32,874 nucleotides of DNA from an uncultured Bacilli bacterium (lineage in GTDB: Bacteria > Bacillota_I > Bacilli_A > RF39 > UBA660), in contig CANQMC010000001.1 in the NCBI GenBank assembly GCA_947624855.1, positions 1 through 32,874 on the forward strand. Direction: 5' to 3'. The notes under the pieces are model-generated. The model saw only the letters and a list, made by a program, of their open reading frames with translations. It was not told the DNA's origin and did not search any database. Shown in pieces: positions 20,090-28,375 of this stretch. The translations under genes were made by a program, and so were the position numbers. Numbering within the stretch: the first letter of the stretch is position 1; each line of letters begins with the position of its first letter.

Positions 20090-20680
20090 TCAATTCTTTT
20101 TTGCTAAAAATATTAAAAAACCTTTACTTTTTTCTTTAATATCCAATGAATAAATTTTCTCTAACTCTTTTTTTATACTTAAAGCCCCTTGATCTTTACG
20201 AATAACAAACCAAACCTCCCCATCATCTGTTAAATATTCTTTAGCTTCTCCAAGTATTTTTAAAACAATATCTTTACCCGCTCTAATTGGAGGATTAGTA
20301 ATTATTAAAGAATACTTATCATTTATTTTTTCATATATATTACTCTCTTTAAAAGAGACACTAACCTTATTTAATTTTTGATTTTCTTGGGCAAGCTCTA
20401 AAGCTCTTAAATTAATATCAATTCCTACTCCGGGAACTTTTAATATTTTTGAAAGAACTATACTAATAAACCCATACCCACATCCAACATCTAAAAAATT
20501 TTTTATTTCCTTTTTATTTTTTAAATAGGTATCAATTAGTAATTTACTACCATAATCTATTTTATCTTTACTAAAAACTCCATTATCACTTACAAACGAA
20601 AAAGAATAAGAATTATACTCATAATTAATAATTCTTTTTTCACTTTTTAATTTATCGTTATTAGTAAAGTAATGATTCAA
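20090..20680 (-). CDS. Class I SAM-dependent methyltransferase (RsmC/YbxB-like, NPPIRAG motif)
   Basis: Motif I LDVGCGYGFISI and motif IV IITNPPIRAGK. Its position directly upstream of rpoB matches B. subtilis ybxB. The apparent start is a TTG 7 nt after AAGGGTG. Confidence 0.8.
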   Translation of the reverse strand: MNHYFTNNDKLKSEKRIINYEYNSYSFSFVSDNGVFSKDKIDYGSKLLIDTYLKNKKEIKNFLDVGCGYGFISIVLSKILKVPGVGIDINLRALELAQENQKLNKVSVSFKESNIYEKINDKYSLIITNPPIRAGKDIVLKILGEAKEYLTDDGEVWFVIRKDQGALSIKKELEKIYSLDIKEKSKGFLIFLAKKN

Positions 20681-20711
20681 TTACATACACCCTTTTTTTA
20701 ATATTACTTTT

Positions 20712-20739
20712 AGTATAACAAATATTCTAAATTAGTCAA
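20712..20739 (-). promoter_or_regulatory. Sigma-A-type promoter candidate for the methyltransferase-rpoB-rpoC operon
   Basis: On the minus strand: TTGACT (20739-20734), 16-nt spacer ending in TGT (extended -10), TATACT (20717-20712). Confidence 0.5.
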
Positions 20740-20775
20740 GTATGAATTTTAAAAATTATATAAAAATACTTAGAA

Positions 20776-20807
20776 TTGACACTAAAATAAAAATTTAACA
20801 TAAATTA
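20776..20807 (+). promoter_or_regulatory. Promoter candidate for the cotY/Z-like gene, readable as sigma-K-like or sigma-A-like
   Basis: AC (20781-82), 16 nt, then CATAAATTA (20799-20807) fits the B. subtilis sigma-K pattern AC-16/17-CATA---TA. The same DNA also reads TTGACA (20776-81), 17 nt, CATAAA. Confidence 0.35.
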
Positions 20808-20837
20808 ATAATGAGAATACATGAAAGGGTGAATAAT

Positions 20838-21284
20838 ATGAATAATAATTGTGAAAACAATACAACAGGCAATTGCATTAATGAAATATTAAGTGTTATT
20901 TTTGTTTTACAACAAAATGCGTGTCCTGAATCTTGTTTAGATGCCTGTGATAGACCTGTTTTAGGTGGTGGACCAAATTGCTTAATTTGTAACACTAGAC
21001 CCGTTATGCTTTATACCTGCTGCGGAAATGGAACACCTTGGAGTATGCCAACCTTAAAAGATTCCACAATAACATGTTCAGCTACTACACCAACCGAATG
21101 CTCCAATATTTTTAGAGTAGAAAAAATTGAAGGTAACTGTTGTACATTTAGAGTACTTGCCGATAATCCTGATACTACTAGTCTAAATCCATATGTTGCC
21201 ACAAATTCTTTCTTTACTATGGATTGTAGTTGCCTATGTGCCATACGATGCCTAAGTGATACATTTGTAGATTGTGTTTGTTAA
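20838..21284 (+). CDS. Cysteine-rich spore coat/crust protein, CotY/CotZ family
   Basis: FRVEKIEGNCCTFRVL and CSCLCAIRCLSD match my recollection of B. subtilis CotY (FRVEKLCDCCATLSIL; CFCAIQCLS), and the N-terminal C..E.L......Q...CP..C pattern also fits. It has many Cys in about 148 aa. Start trimmed to the ATG at 20838 after GAAAGGGTG. Confidence 0.75.
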   Translation: MNNNCENNTTGNCINEILSVIFVLQQNACPESCLDACDRPVLGGGPNCLICNTRPVMLYTCCGNGTPWSMPTLKDSTITCSATTPTECSNIFRVEKIEGNCCTFRVLADNPDTTSLNPYVATNSFFTMDCSCLCAIRCLSDTFVDCVC

Positions 21285-21306
21285 AAAACCTCAATGAGGT
21301 TTTTTT
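21283..21306. terminator. Bidirectional intrinsic terminator
   Basis: AAAAAACCTC - AAT - GAGGTTTTTT, a 10-bp stem between the convergent cotY/Z-like gene and the 364-aa gene. Confidence 0.7.
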
Positions 21307-22399
21307 AATTGGCATGTCTAAATAAATAATTAGTCTTACTTTCTAAAGTATTTTGTTTTAAATATATTTCTAATAATTCATTAATATGATTACAAATAAT
21401 ATCATTTCTATCTTTAATATTTAAATCCATTAAATTCTTTTTAGGCATCGAAGTTCCTGTTTCTTTTTCTAATTTTATCATTATATTATAATAATAATGA
21501 TAATCAATTAAATAAATTAAATTTCTAAAATCATAACCCATACTTACTAATTTATTAATATAAATTAAAAAATAATCAGCTACAATATTTAATACTTGTT
21601 TTTCATAAACTTCTTCAAAATAATACATTGTACTTAATAATTTACCATTTAAAAATTCTAAAAAACAATTATATATATCTGGACTATTAATAATATCATT
21701 TAAATTATTAATAATAATATTTATCTTATCAATATTATTACTTTTATCTAATTGTTGTAGTTCAATATTATTTAATAAATATACTAATCGATCTTCAAAT
21801 TCTTTATTAACTTCTTTAATATCTAAATCATTTAACATTTTTAATTTTTCTAAATATTCTTTAATAATTTCTAATAACCATTTTTGAAAAAATAATATAT
21901 CATATTCATCTAACTCTTTAATTTTATTTAAAATATTATTAATAAGAAGATTTAATTCATTATTTTTAAGAGCTCCCTCTTTTAATTTAAGAATACTAAA
22001 ATAATTATCTAAAAAATTTATTTTAAGATCAATTTCAAATTTATATTTAGAAGGATTAATAATTTCATTTAGCTTTTTCTTTAAAGGTTTAAAAATAGTT
22101 AAAATACTACTTCCTCCAACTATTCCTAAAATAATAGCCATAATTTTATTTATAGCATAAATTAAGCCTAAATTATAAATTATAAATCCTATACCTACTG
22201 CTAAAGCTCCCGTTATTATAATACTTAATAATAATTCTAAAAAATCTTTTTCATTCCAATCAATATTTTTTAAATATAAATTTAAATTTCCTATATCTTT
22301 TTTAGATAAACTATAAATATCTAATTTATTTAATAAATTACTTAATATTTTCCCATTAGTTGTCTTATAAATAATATTTAAAATATCTTCATTATTCAT
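21305..22399 (-). CDS. Hypothetical membrane protein (364 aa)
   Basis: ORF with SD AGAGGT. It has two or three TM helices near residues 55-105 (LLLSIIITGALAVGIGFIIYNLGLIY, IMAIILGIVGGSSILTIF) and then a long helical Asn/Leu/Ile-rich domain. I recognise no family. Confidence 0.55.
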   Translation of the reverse strand: MNNEDILNIIYKTTNGKILSNLLNKLDIYSLSKKDIGNLNLYLKNIDWNEKDFLELLLSIIITGALAVGIGFIIYNLGLIYAINKIMAIILGIVGGSSILTIFKPLKKKLNEIINPSKYKFEIDLKINFLDNYFSILKLKEGALKNNELNLLINNILNKIKELDEYDILFFQKWLLEIIKEYLEKLKMLNDLDIKEVNKEFEDRLVYLLNNIELQQLDKSNNIDKINIIINNLNDIINSPDIYNCFLEFLNGKLLSTMYYFEEVYEKQVLNIVADYFLIYINKLVSMGYDFRNLIYLIDYHYYYNIMIKLEKETGTSMPKKNLMDLNIKDRNDIICNHINELLEIYLKQNTLESKTNYLFRHAN

Positions 22400-22471
22400 A
22401 CAATTACCTCTTTTATATATTTGTAAAAATTATTATAGTTCATTTTATTTAAAATTTCAATACCAAAAATC

Positions 22472-22500
22472 TTGACTTTATCAAAATAAAATGTTATATT
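22472..22500 (+). promoter_or_regulatory. Sigma-A-type promoter of tRNA-Met
   Basis: TTGACT (22472-77), 17 nt, TATATT (22495-500), 12 nt upstream of the tRNA 5' end. Confidence 0.6.
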
Positions 22501-22512
22501 GTTAACACACAG

Positions 22513-22589
22513 GGCGGGATAGCTCAGCTGGCTAGAGCGACCGGTTCATACCCGGTAGGTCGGGGGTTCAATCCCCTCTCCCGCTACCA
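22513..22589 (+). tRNA. tRNA-Met (anticodon CAT), elongator type
   Basis: Hand-folded cloverleaf: acceptor GGCGGGA/TCCCGCT, D arm GCTC-AGCTGGCTA-GAGC, anticodon arm ACCGG-TTCATAC-CCGGT, T arm GGGGG-TTCAATC-CCCTC, discriminator A, encoded CCA. It is near-identical in the D, anticodon and T arms to the B. subtilis elongator tRNA-Met as I recall it. It lacks the initiator features (1:72 mismatch, three G-C pairs in the anticodon stem). A tRNA-Ile2 (lysidine) identity cannot be fully excluded. Confidence 0.92.
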
Positions 22590-22601
22590 ATAATGATTAT
22601 T

Positions 22602-22632
22602 ACTAGATCGTGTATCTAGTTTTTATTTTTTT
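22602..22632 (+). terminator. Intrinsic terminator after tRNA-Met
   Basis: ACTAGAT - CGTGT - ATCTAGT followed by TTTTTATTTTTTT. Confidence 0.7.
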
Positions 22633-22737
22633 GTTGTTATTTAATATGCAAGAAATTCTTGCTAGTAATGTCAAATAAGTTTGATATAATAATTTTAGAT
22701 TATCTTTTATAATGTTCTTATGAAAGGAGGAAATTTT

Positions 22738-23403
22738 ATGGATCTGGGTAATAAAATTTTAAAAATAAGAAAGGATAATAAAATGTCACAAGAACAGTTT
22801 GCAGAAGTTTTAAATGTTACAAGACAAACTATTTCAAATTGGGAAAACGGAAAAAATTATCCAGATATTGAAACACTAATTAAAATTAGTGATAAGTTTA
22901 ATGTTTCTCTAGACATTTTATTAAAAGGTGATAAAGAAATGATAAAAGATATTAATAAAAAAATAAAAAATAATAAAGTATTAAAAATAATTATTGTTGT
23001 TCTTATTGTTATTATTGCTATAATTGCTTTAATTGTTGGCCTAAAAACATATGAAAGAATAGATTATTATTTGGAAATTAATAATATTGATAAAGATAAT
23101 CCCCCTATAGCACTTACTATGAATAAATGTAATTACAATGATAAAAGATTAAGATTAAATGCTATAATAGAGCAAGATTGTAATTACGAATATAAAAAAT
23201 GGTATGAAGTTCCAAGTTGTACTTCTGATTATAATAAGAAACCAATTGCTTTTAATATTATAGATAATAAAACTAAAGAACAAGAAAAAGAATTAATGGA
23301 AAAAATGAATATTAATTTAGATGATTATGATAGTGCGATTGATTTACTTACTGCAATGGAAGATTACATTATAAGTATTGGTGGCACTTGTGATAATAGA
23401 TAA
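22738..23403 (+). CDS. Membrane-tethered XRE-family (HTH_3) regulator
   Basis: HTH (MSQEQFAEVLNVTRQTISNWENGKNYPDIETL), one TM helix (VLKIIIVVLIVIIAIIALIVGL) and a Cys-containing extracytoplasmic domain of about 120 aa. Start trimmed to the ATG at 22738 after AAGGAGG. Confidence 0.75.
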   Translation: MDLGNKILKIRKDNKMSQEQFAEVLNVTRQTISNWENGKNYPDIETLIKISDKFNVSLDILLKGDKEMIKDINKKIKNNKVLKIIIVVLIVIIAIIALIVGLKTYERIDYYLEINNIDKDNPPIALTMNKCNYNDKRLRLNAIIEQDCNYEYKKWYEVPSCTSDYNKKPIAFNIIDNKTKEQEKELMEKMNINLDDYDSAIDLLTAMEDYIISIGGTCDNR

Positions 23404-23441
23404 TAAGTAAAATTACAATTTGTATGAGTAAAATGATATCT

Positions 23442-23466
23442 AGAGTGATTAAACACTCTTTTTAAA
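23442..23466 (+). terminator. Intrinsic terminator
   Basis: AGAGTG - ATTAAA - CACTCT followed by TTTTTAAAT. Confidence 0.55.
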
Positions 23467-23477
23467 TACCAAAAGAA

Positions 23478-23510
23478 GAAAAAAAAGAATTAATATTTTA
23501 AATCAATTCT
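23478..23510 (-). terminator. Intrinsic terminator for the lipoprotein gene
   Basis: Minus strand: AGAATT - 13-nt loop - AATTCT followed by TTTTTTTT. Confidence 0.55.
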
Positions 23511-23512
23511 AA

Positions 23513-24481
23513 TTATTCACTTAATTTAGCTTTTTTATTTTTAACACTAAAAACTATTATCGCAATTATTAAAGTTAAACTTCCTCCAGCAATTAAACCT
23601 ATTGCTAAAAGTTTTAAATTTTCATCAGATAAATTAAATAAATTTTTAGTTGTTTTAGTAACTGTATTATTATTTGTATTATTAGTAAAACTAAATTCAT
23701 AACTTAAAGTATCTTTATTTAATAAATTCCAAGTTAAAGTTTTACCATCATTTGATACATTATCAGCATTATTTGATATTGCTTTATTTGGTAAAGTAAC
23801 TTCATATGTAAGGGATATATATTCTTTTAAAGCATCGGCATCCATATTCATATCACTAATATCTAAATTCATATCTGTATCAGTAGAATTATTACCAGTA
23901 TCAGCATTATCTAAAACATCTTTTGTATTATAATTTGCTTTATAAATATCATTATTTTTAATAAAAAATTTATCATTCGTACCATCAAAATTTAAATCCA
24001 TAACTTTATCTTCATTTGTACTAATATCATCAATATTATTAAAATGCTTAGCTATAGTCAAAATATATTTATAATTTTGTTTATCAAAATTAGCATTAAC
24101 TGTATAACCATTATCTTTAAATTTTTGAAGATCATCATTGTTTAATGCTTCATCAAAATCCATTTCTCCCGAATTTATCGCTTCATCTAATTCTTTTTTA
24201 AAATCTTCTTCACTTTTAGTTGTCGAACTTTCACTCATACAATTAGTAACACATTCTTCGGGATTATCACTATCATCACAATTAGATTGACAATTCATCG
24301 TACTATCATCAAACATTGATTGCGCTGTTGAATAAAATTTAAGTAAATCAATTTCTAAATTCATATTTAAATCAACACTTTTATCATTATTAACATTCAT
24401 ATTTACTTTAGTATTCATACACCCTGCCATAAATAGCATACATATACATAAACAAATTATTTTTAAACCTTTTTTAATCAC
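23513..24481 (-). CDS. Putative lipoprotein with a C-terminal TM anchor, Asp/Asn-rich ectodomain
   Basis: Signal peptide with a lipobox-like LFMAGC, an acidic low-complexity ectodomain with a Cys cluster (NCQSNCDDSDNPEECVTNC), and a C-terminal TM helix (LLAIGLIAGGSLTLIIAIIVF). Start probably the GTG at 24481, about 9 nt after AAGAGG. Confidence 0.6.
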   Translation of the reverse strand: MIKKGLKIICLCICMLFMAGCMNTKVNMNVNNDKSVDLNMNLEIDLLKFYSTAQSMFDDSTMNCQSNCDDSDNPEECVTNCMSESSTTKSEEDFKKELDEAINSGEMDFDEALNNDDLQKFKDNGYTVNANFDKQNYKYILTIAKHFNNIDDISTNEDKVMDLNFDGTNDKFFIKNNDIYKANYNTKDVLDNADTGNNSTDTDMNLDISDMNMDADALKEYISLTYEVTLPNKAISNNADNVSNDGKTLTWNLLNKDTLSYEFSFTNNTNNNTVTKTTKNLFNLSDENLKLLAIGLIAGGSLTLIIAIIVFSVKNKKAKLSE

Positions 24482-24566
24482 ACTTAACACCTCTTATTAT
24501 AAAAATCATAGCACACAATTTATACATAGTCAATTAATATTCCTTTTTTGATTGTCAAGTAAATAT

Positions 24567-25304
24567 CTACTTATTTTTATTTTTTTTCTTTTCTATTTTT
24601 GTTTGTTCTTTATAATTTTTCATAATTTCAAAAGTTTTATGATATTCTCTTTCAATATTTGGGAAAGCTTTTAATAAACGATTTGGAAAAGCTTTAAAAT
24701 TAGCAATAGATTCTTTAATTCTTTTTTCAAAAATAATAGGTATTTTATTAATTTTTTCTTCATTTAACTCTTCAGCAATAATAATTCTATTACGTAAGTT
24801 AAACGCTATAATAAATGAATAAATAGAATCTAACATAAAAATTATAAATAAAACTAAAGCTACAATTTTCCAAACTTTAAAAGGAAATAAAGAAAATAAT
24901 AAAAATATTAAAGGAGCTAAAAAATAAATTATAAATAAAGCTAAAATACCAAATAAAATAGAATTACGAAGACATACCCTACCATTTAAATTATATGGTC
25001 TATCAGAATAATCCCACCATTTATTATGAAATACTTTTTCGAGTAAAAAAGAAATAAAATATTCTAAAGCACTAGTTATAACAATACCTACGATAAAAAC
25101 TACAACTGGATCATTGTAATAGCGCATTAAACAAAGCAATATTAATAATGCTCCAATTCCATAAATAGGAATATAAGGTCCACATAAAAAACCACGATTT
25201 ACAAATTTTTTGGTATTTAAATAAACCCAAAACACTTCAATAAAATAACCAATAAAGGAACATAAGAAAAATATTAAAAATGTATAAACTATTATTTCTT
25301 TCAT
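24567..25304 (-). CDS. Polytopic membrane protein, resembles the 'putative ABC-transporter type IV' (PF06541-like) family
   Basis: Five or six TM helices, with the segment RGFLCGPYIPIYGIGALLI that I associate with that family. SD AGAGGT. Confidence 0.55.
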   Translation of the reverse strand: MKEIIVYTFLIFFLCSFIGYFIEVFWVYLNTKKFVNRGFLCGPYIPIYGIGALLILLCLMRYYNDPVVVFIVGIVITSALEYFISFLLEKVFHNKWWDYSDRPYNLNGRVCLRNSILFGILALFIIYFLAPLIFLLFSLFPFKVWKIVALVLFIIFMLDSIYSFIIAFNLRNRIIIAEELNEEKINKIPIIFEKRIKESIANFKAFPNRLLKAFPNIEREYHKTFEIMKNYKEQTKIEKKKNKNK

Positions 25305-25417
25305 AACATACCTCTATATAATTATATCACTCAAATAAAACATTAACAATATTTTAATTAAAATATAAGCATATAATTTAAATAAAAACATATAATCTAA
25401 CAGAAAGGATAATTTTT

Positions 25418-25906
25418 ATGATTAATAAACAAAATTTATGGTTTATAACTCTTTTTTCTTTAATATTAGTTTTAAGTGTTTATTATTTAACAATGAAAGA
25501 TGATACATTAAAAACAATAAATGTAAATAATAATACAGAAGCTTCCGAAGTTGTTGTATCTGAAAATGATAATTTAGTAGCTTTAAAAGTAGCTAGTGAA
25601 GAAGAATTAATATCCAAAACAAAAGAATTACAAGATATTTTATTAAATGCTACGGCTACTGCTGAAGAAAAAAATAATGCTTATGAAGAATTACAAAACT
25701 TAAATAAAACCGAAGCTGATAAAGAAACAATTGAAAAACTTATTAAAGAAAATTTTAAATTGGAAGCAGTAGTAAATATAACAGATAATAATATTAATGT
25801 TACTATTGGCAGTGAAAAACATGATGCAACGCTTGCTAATAATATTATAAGAAGTATCCAAAAACTATTTAATGAAGATAAATATATCACGGTTAAATTT
25901 GGTTAA
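25418..25906 (+). CDS. spoIIIAH: SpoIIIAH-like sporulation protein
   Basis: KQNLWFITLFSLILVLSVYYL matches my recollection of B. subtilis SpoIIIAH (KQTVWLLTMLSLVVVLSVYYI). The C-terminal NINVTIGSEKHDATLANNIIRSI also matches (KINITVKSDKHSKSKATAIIDLV). No other spoIIIA genes are adjacent. Confidence 0.65.
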   Translation: MINKQNLWFITLFSLILVLSVYYLTMKDDTLKTINVNNNTEASEVVVSENDNLVALKVASEEELISKTKELQDILLNATATAEEKNNAYEELQNLNKTEADKETIEKLIKENFKLEAVVNITDNNINVTIGSEKHDATLANNIIRSIQKLFNEDKYITVKFG

Positions 25907-25984
25907 TTAGGCTTTAATTTAACCATTTTTCCTTTCATATCATAAAATACACTAGAAAGATTATAAATTGAAAGGAAGGTACAC

Positions 25985-26191
25985 GTGAAAAGAAGTATTT
26001 TAACTAAAAGAGAACATGAAATATTTAATTTACTAGTAGCGAGTAAATCAACCAAAGAAATAGCCGGACTTTTAGGTATTAGTGAAAAAACTGTCCGTAA
26101 TCATATATCTAATGCCATTCAAAAATTAGAAGTAAAAGGTCGAGCGGGCGCTGTAGTCGAATTACTCCGCTTAGGTGAAATAACATTATAA
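25985..26191 (+). CDS. gerE: LuxR-type single-domain sporulation regulator GerE
   Basis: [62 protein letters not shown] is nearly colinear with B. subtilis GerE ([62 protein letters not shown]). GTG start after GGAAGG. Confidence 0.85.
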   Translation: [68 protein letters not shown]

Positions 26192-26194
26192 ATT

Positions 26195-26219
26195 AATCTC
26201 CCCACAAAGGAGATTTTTT
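26195..26219 (+). terminator. Intrinsic terminator after gerE
   Basis: AATCTCC - 7-nt loop - GGAGATT followed by TTTT. Confidence 0.7.
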
Positions 26220-26273
26220 AAATTCTAAGTCTAAAAATACTTTATTTATCGTATATATTAATTAGGTGATAAT

Positions 26274-27218
26274 ATGCTTAAAAAAAATGCTCTTAGAAGA
26301 ATAATGGTTTCCAGTATTGCCCTTTTTATCGTAGGAATTCTTTATTTTTTCCCCGATAATAAAACCGAAGAATCAATAACGCCTAATGTAAGTTACATCG
26401 AAGTAAATAAAACCCCTATTTATTTAATTAATAAAGATAATTATGTTGTAAGAACTAATATTGCCACAACCAATAAAGATCCTTTAAATAAAGCCAAAGA
26501 ACTTTTAAATGCCCTTACTATTGATGGTGATAAAACAGAATATATTTTAAAAAATTTTAAACCTATTATTCCTAAAAACACTAAAGTATTAGATATATCT
26601 TTAAAAGATGGTTTATTAAAAATAAATTTTTCTAAAGAATTTTTAAATGTTAAAAAAGATGATGAAGAAAAATTAATCGAAGCCATTATTTATACTTTAA
26701 CTGAAATTAAAGATATAAAAGAAATTATGATATTTATTGAAGAAACAAAATTAGATATATTACCTCAAAATAAAATTATTCTTCCTAATACTTTAACTAG
26801 AGATTTTGGAATAAATAAAGTTTATGATTTAACAAATCTTAAAAATACAACCAAAACCACTATTTATTATGTAGGAAAAGAAAATGATCTAACATATTAT
26901 ATACCTATAACTAAAATAGATAATAAAACTAATAATAAAGTTGAAATAATTATAAATGAACTTAAAAGTTCTCCAATATATGAAACTAATTTAATTAGTT
27001 ATTTAGCTAGTAGTGTTAAACTATTAAATTATGAAGCCTTAGAAAATCAAATTGAACTTAGTTTTAATAATGAAATATTTAGTGATTTTAAAGAAGAAAA
27101 CATTCAAGAAGAAGTTAAATATTCCATATCTTTATCTTTAAAAGATAGTTTAAAAGTCGAAAATGTTATTTTTAAAGTTAATGATAAAATAATTACAACA
27201 TTTAAAGAAAATAACTAA
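26274..27218 (+). CDS. gerM: GerM-like protein with two GerMN (Germane) domains and an N-terminal membrane anchor
   Basis: N-terminal TM helix followed by two repeats of the GerMN pattern: IP.nTKVLDISLKDGLLKINFSKEF...EEKLIEAIIYTLTEIKDIKEIMIFIE, and a second unit ending VKYSISLSLKDSLKVENVIFKVNDK. Confidence 0.55.
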   Translation: MLKKNALRRIMVSSIALFIVGILYFFPDNKTEESITPNVSYIEVNKTPIYLINKDNYVVRTNIATTNKDPLNKAKELLNALTIDGDKTEYILKNFKPIIPKNTKVLDISLKDGLLKINFSKEFLNVKKDDEEKLIEAIIYTLTEIKDIKEIMIFIEETKLDILPQNKIILPNTLTRDFGINKVYDLTNLKNTTKTTIYYVGKENDLTYYIPITKIDNKTNNKVEIIINELKSSPIYETNLISYLASSVKLLNYEALENQIELSFNNEIFSDFKEENIQEEVKYSISLSLKDSLKVENVIFKVNDKIITTFKENN

Positions 27219-27222
27219 AAAA

Positions 27223-27248
27223 ATCAAATAATAAAATTTGATCTTTTT
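27223..27248. terminator. Hairpin between convergent genes, possibly a bidirectional terminator
   Basis: ATCAAA (27223-28) pairs with TTTGAT (27237-42), then CTTTTT. A-rich on the other side. Confidence 0.4.
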
Positions 27249-28365
27249 AAATATCTAATTTTAAGACAACATCACTTTCAGGATAAGTTACACAAGGATG
27301 AATATAATCATTTTCACTTAAAGCTTTTACTTGAGTAGCCCCAATAGTTTTTACTTTACCTTGAATTAAAATACTTCTACAAAAGCCACAAATACCAACT
27401 CGACAAGAAGAAGGTGCTTTAATACCTGCCTTTTCCATTGAAATTAATAAAGATTCATCACTTTTACATTTTATTGTTTTAACTTCATCTTTCATAATTA
27501 CTTTTAAAGAATAAGTATTTTTTTCTGATGGTTCATACATAACATTAAAATTTTCATAATGAACATTCTTTTTAGGAATATTAAATTTCAATAATATTTC
27601 ATTCATAGTTTGATATAAACCTTTAGGACCACACATTAAAACTGTATTAAATTCTTTTAAATAAGGTTCAATCATTTCTTCATTTATATAACCATTTAAA
27701 TAATTATCTTTTTCTTCTTCCGTTAATGTAATTACAAAATTAATATTTTTATTTTTATTTAATTCATTTATTTCATCTTTAAATATAATATCTTTTTCTT
27801 TTTTAACACTATAAATAACAGTTAAAGAACATTCTTCATCTTTATCTTTAATAGCTTTAGCTAAAGACATAAAAGGAGTAATTCCACTACCTCCCGCAAT
27901 AGCAATTACATTTTCTTCATCTCGAATTTTATTATAACCAAATTCTCCCATTGGTTTAGAAATAGTAAGACCATCCCCTACTTTAATATCTTTAAACATA
28001 ATATTACTAACTAAACCATTTGGTACTTTTTTAATCGTAATTCGATAAAAATTTTTTAAAGCTTCACTTGGAGATGAAGATAAAGAATAAGCTCTAGTAA
28101 CATAAGCATCATCGATAAATAACTTTAAACTAATATATTGTCCAGCCTTAAATGGTGCTAATTCTCTTGTACCTTTACTTACATCAGGTTCTAATATAAA
28201 ACTTTTAGTATCATCAGTTTCTTTTATAATATCTTTTACAATTACATATTGTAAATCATTCATTTTACTTACCTCTTTATCTATATGGGTATCTAAAATA
28301 TCTTTAGCACTATAATCTTTAATAATATCTTGTCGAACCTTTTTTAATTCTGTAATATTTTCCAT
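27247..28365 (-). CDS. Ferredoxin-NADP reductase-type flavoprotein with a C-terminal plant-type 2Fe-2S ferredoxin domain
   Basis: RAYSLSS (FAD RxYS motif), GGSGITP (NAD(P) binding) and the C-terminal Cys cluster CRVGICGFC...C. The SD AGGAGG overlaps the upstream gene's stop codon. Confidence 0.75.
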   Translation of the reverse strand: MENITELKKVRQDIIKDYSAKDILDTHIDKEVSKMNDLQYVIVKDIIKETDDTKSFILEPDVSKGTRELAPFKAGQYISLKLFIDDAYVTRAYSLSSSPSEALKNFYRITIKKVPNGLVSNIMFKDIKVGDGLTISKPMGEFGYNKIRDEENVIAIAGGSGITPFMSLAKAIKDKDEECSLTVIYSVKKEKDIIFKDEINELNKNKNINFVITLTEEEKDNYLNGYINEEMIEPYLKEFNTVLMCGPKGLYQTMNEILLKFNIPKKNVHYENFNVMYEPSEKNTYSLKVIMKDEVKTIKCKSDESLLISMEKAGIKAPSSCRVGICGFCRSILIQGKVKTIGATQVKALSENDYIHPCVTYPESDVVLKLDI

Positions 28366-28375
28366 AATTTTCCTC

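Noticed and set aside
20795-21244. Minus-strand ORFs 20795-20995 and 21011-21244
   Set aside because: They are antisense to the CotY/Z-like CDS, which has clear family motifs.
20838-21284. Cys-rich small protein as a RiPP, bacteriocin or metallothionein precursor
   Set aside because: The FRVEK..CC and C.CAI.CLS segments match the CotY/CotZ spore coat family, and no modification or transport genes are adjacent.
22513-23600. tRNA-Met as an integration site for a mobile element (XRE gene immediately downstream)
   Set aside because: There is no integrase or recombinase, and I could find no direct repeat of the tRNA 3' end downstream. The flanking genes look like ordinary chromosomal membrane and sporulation genes.
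25681-25890. 69-aa minus-strand ORF inside the spoIIIAH-like gene
   Set aside because: It is an antisense shadow ORF.
26441-26686. 81-aa minus-strand ORF inside the gerM-like gene
   Set aside because: It is an antisense shadow ORF.
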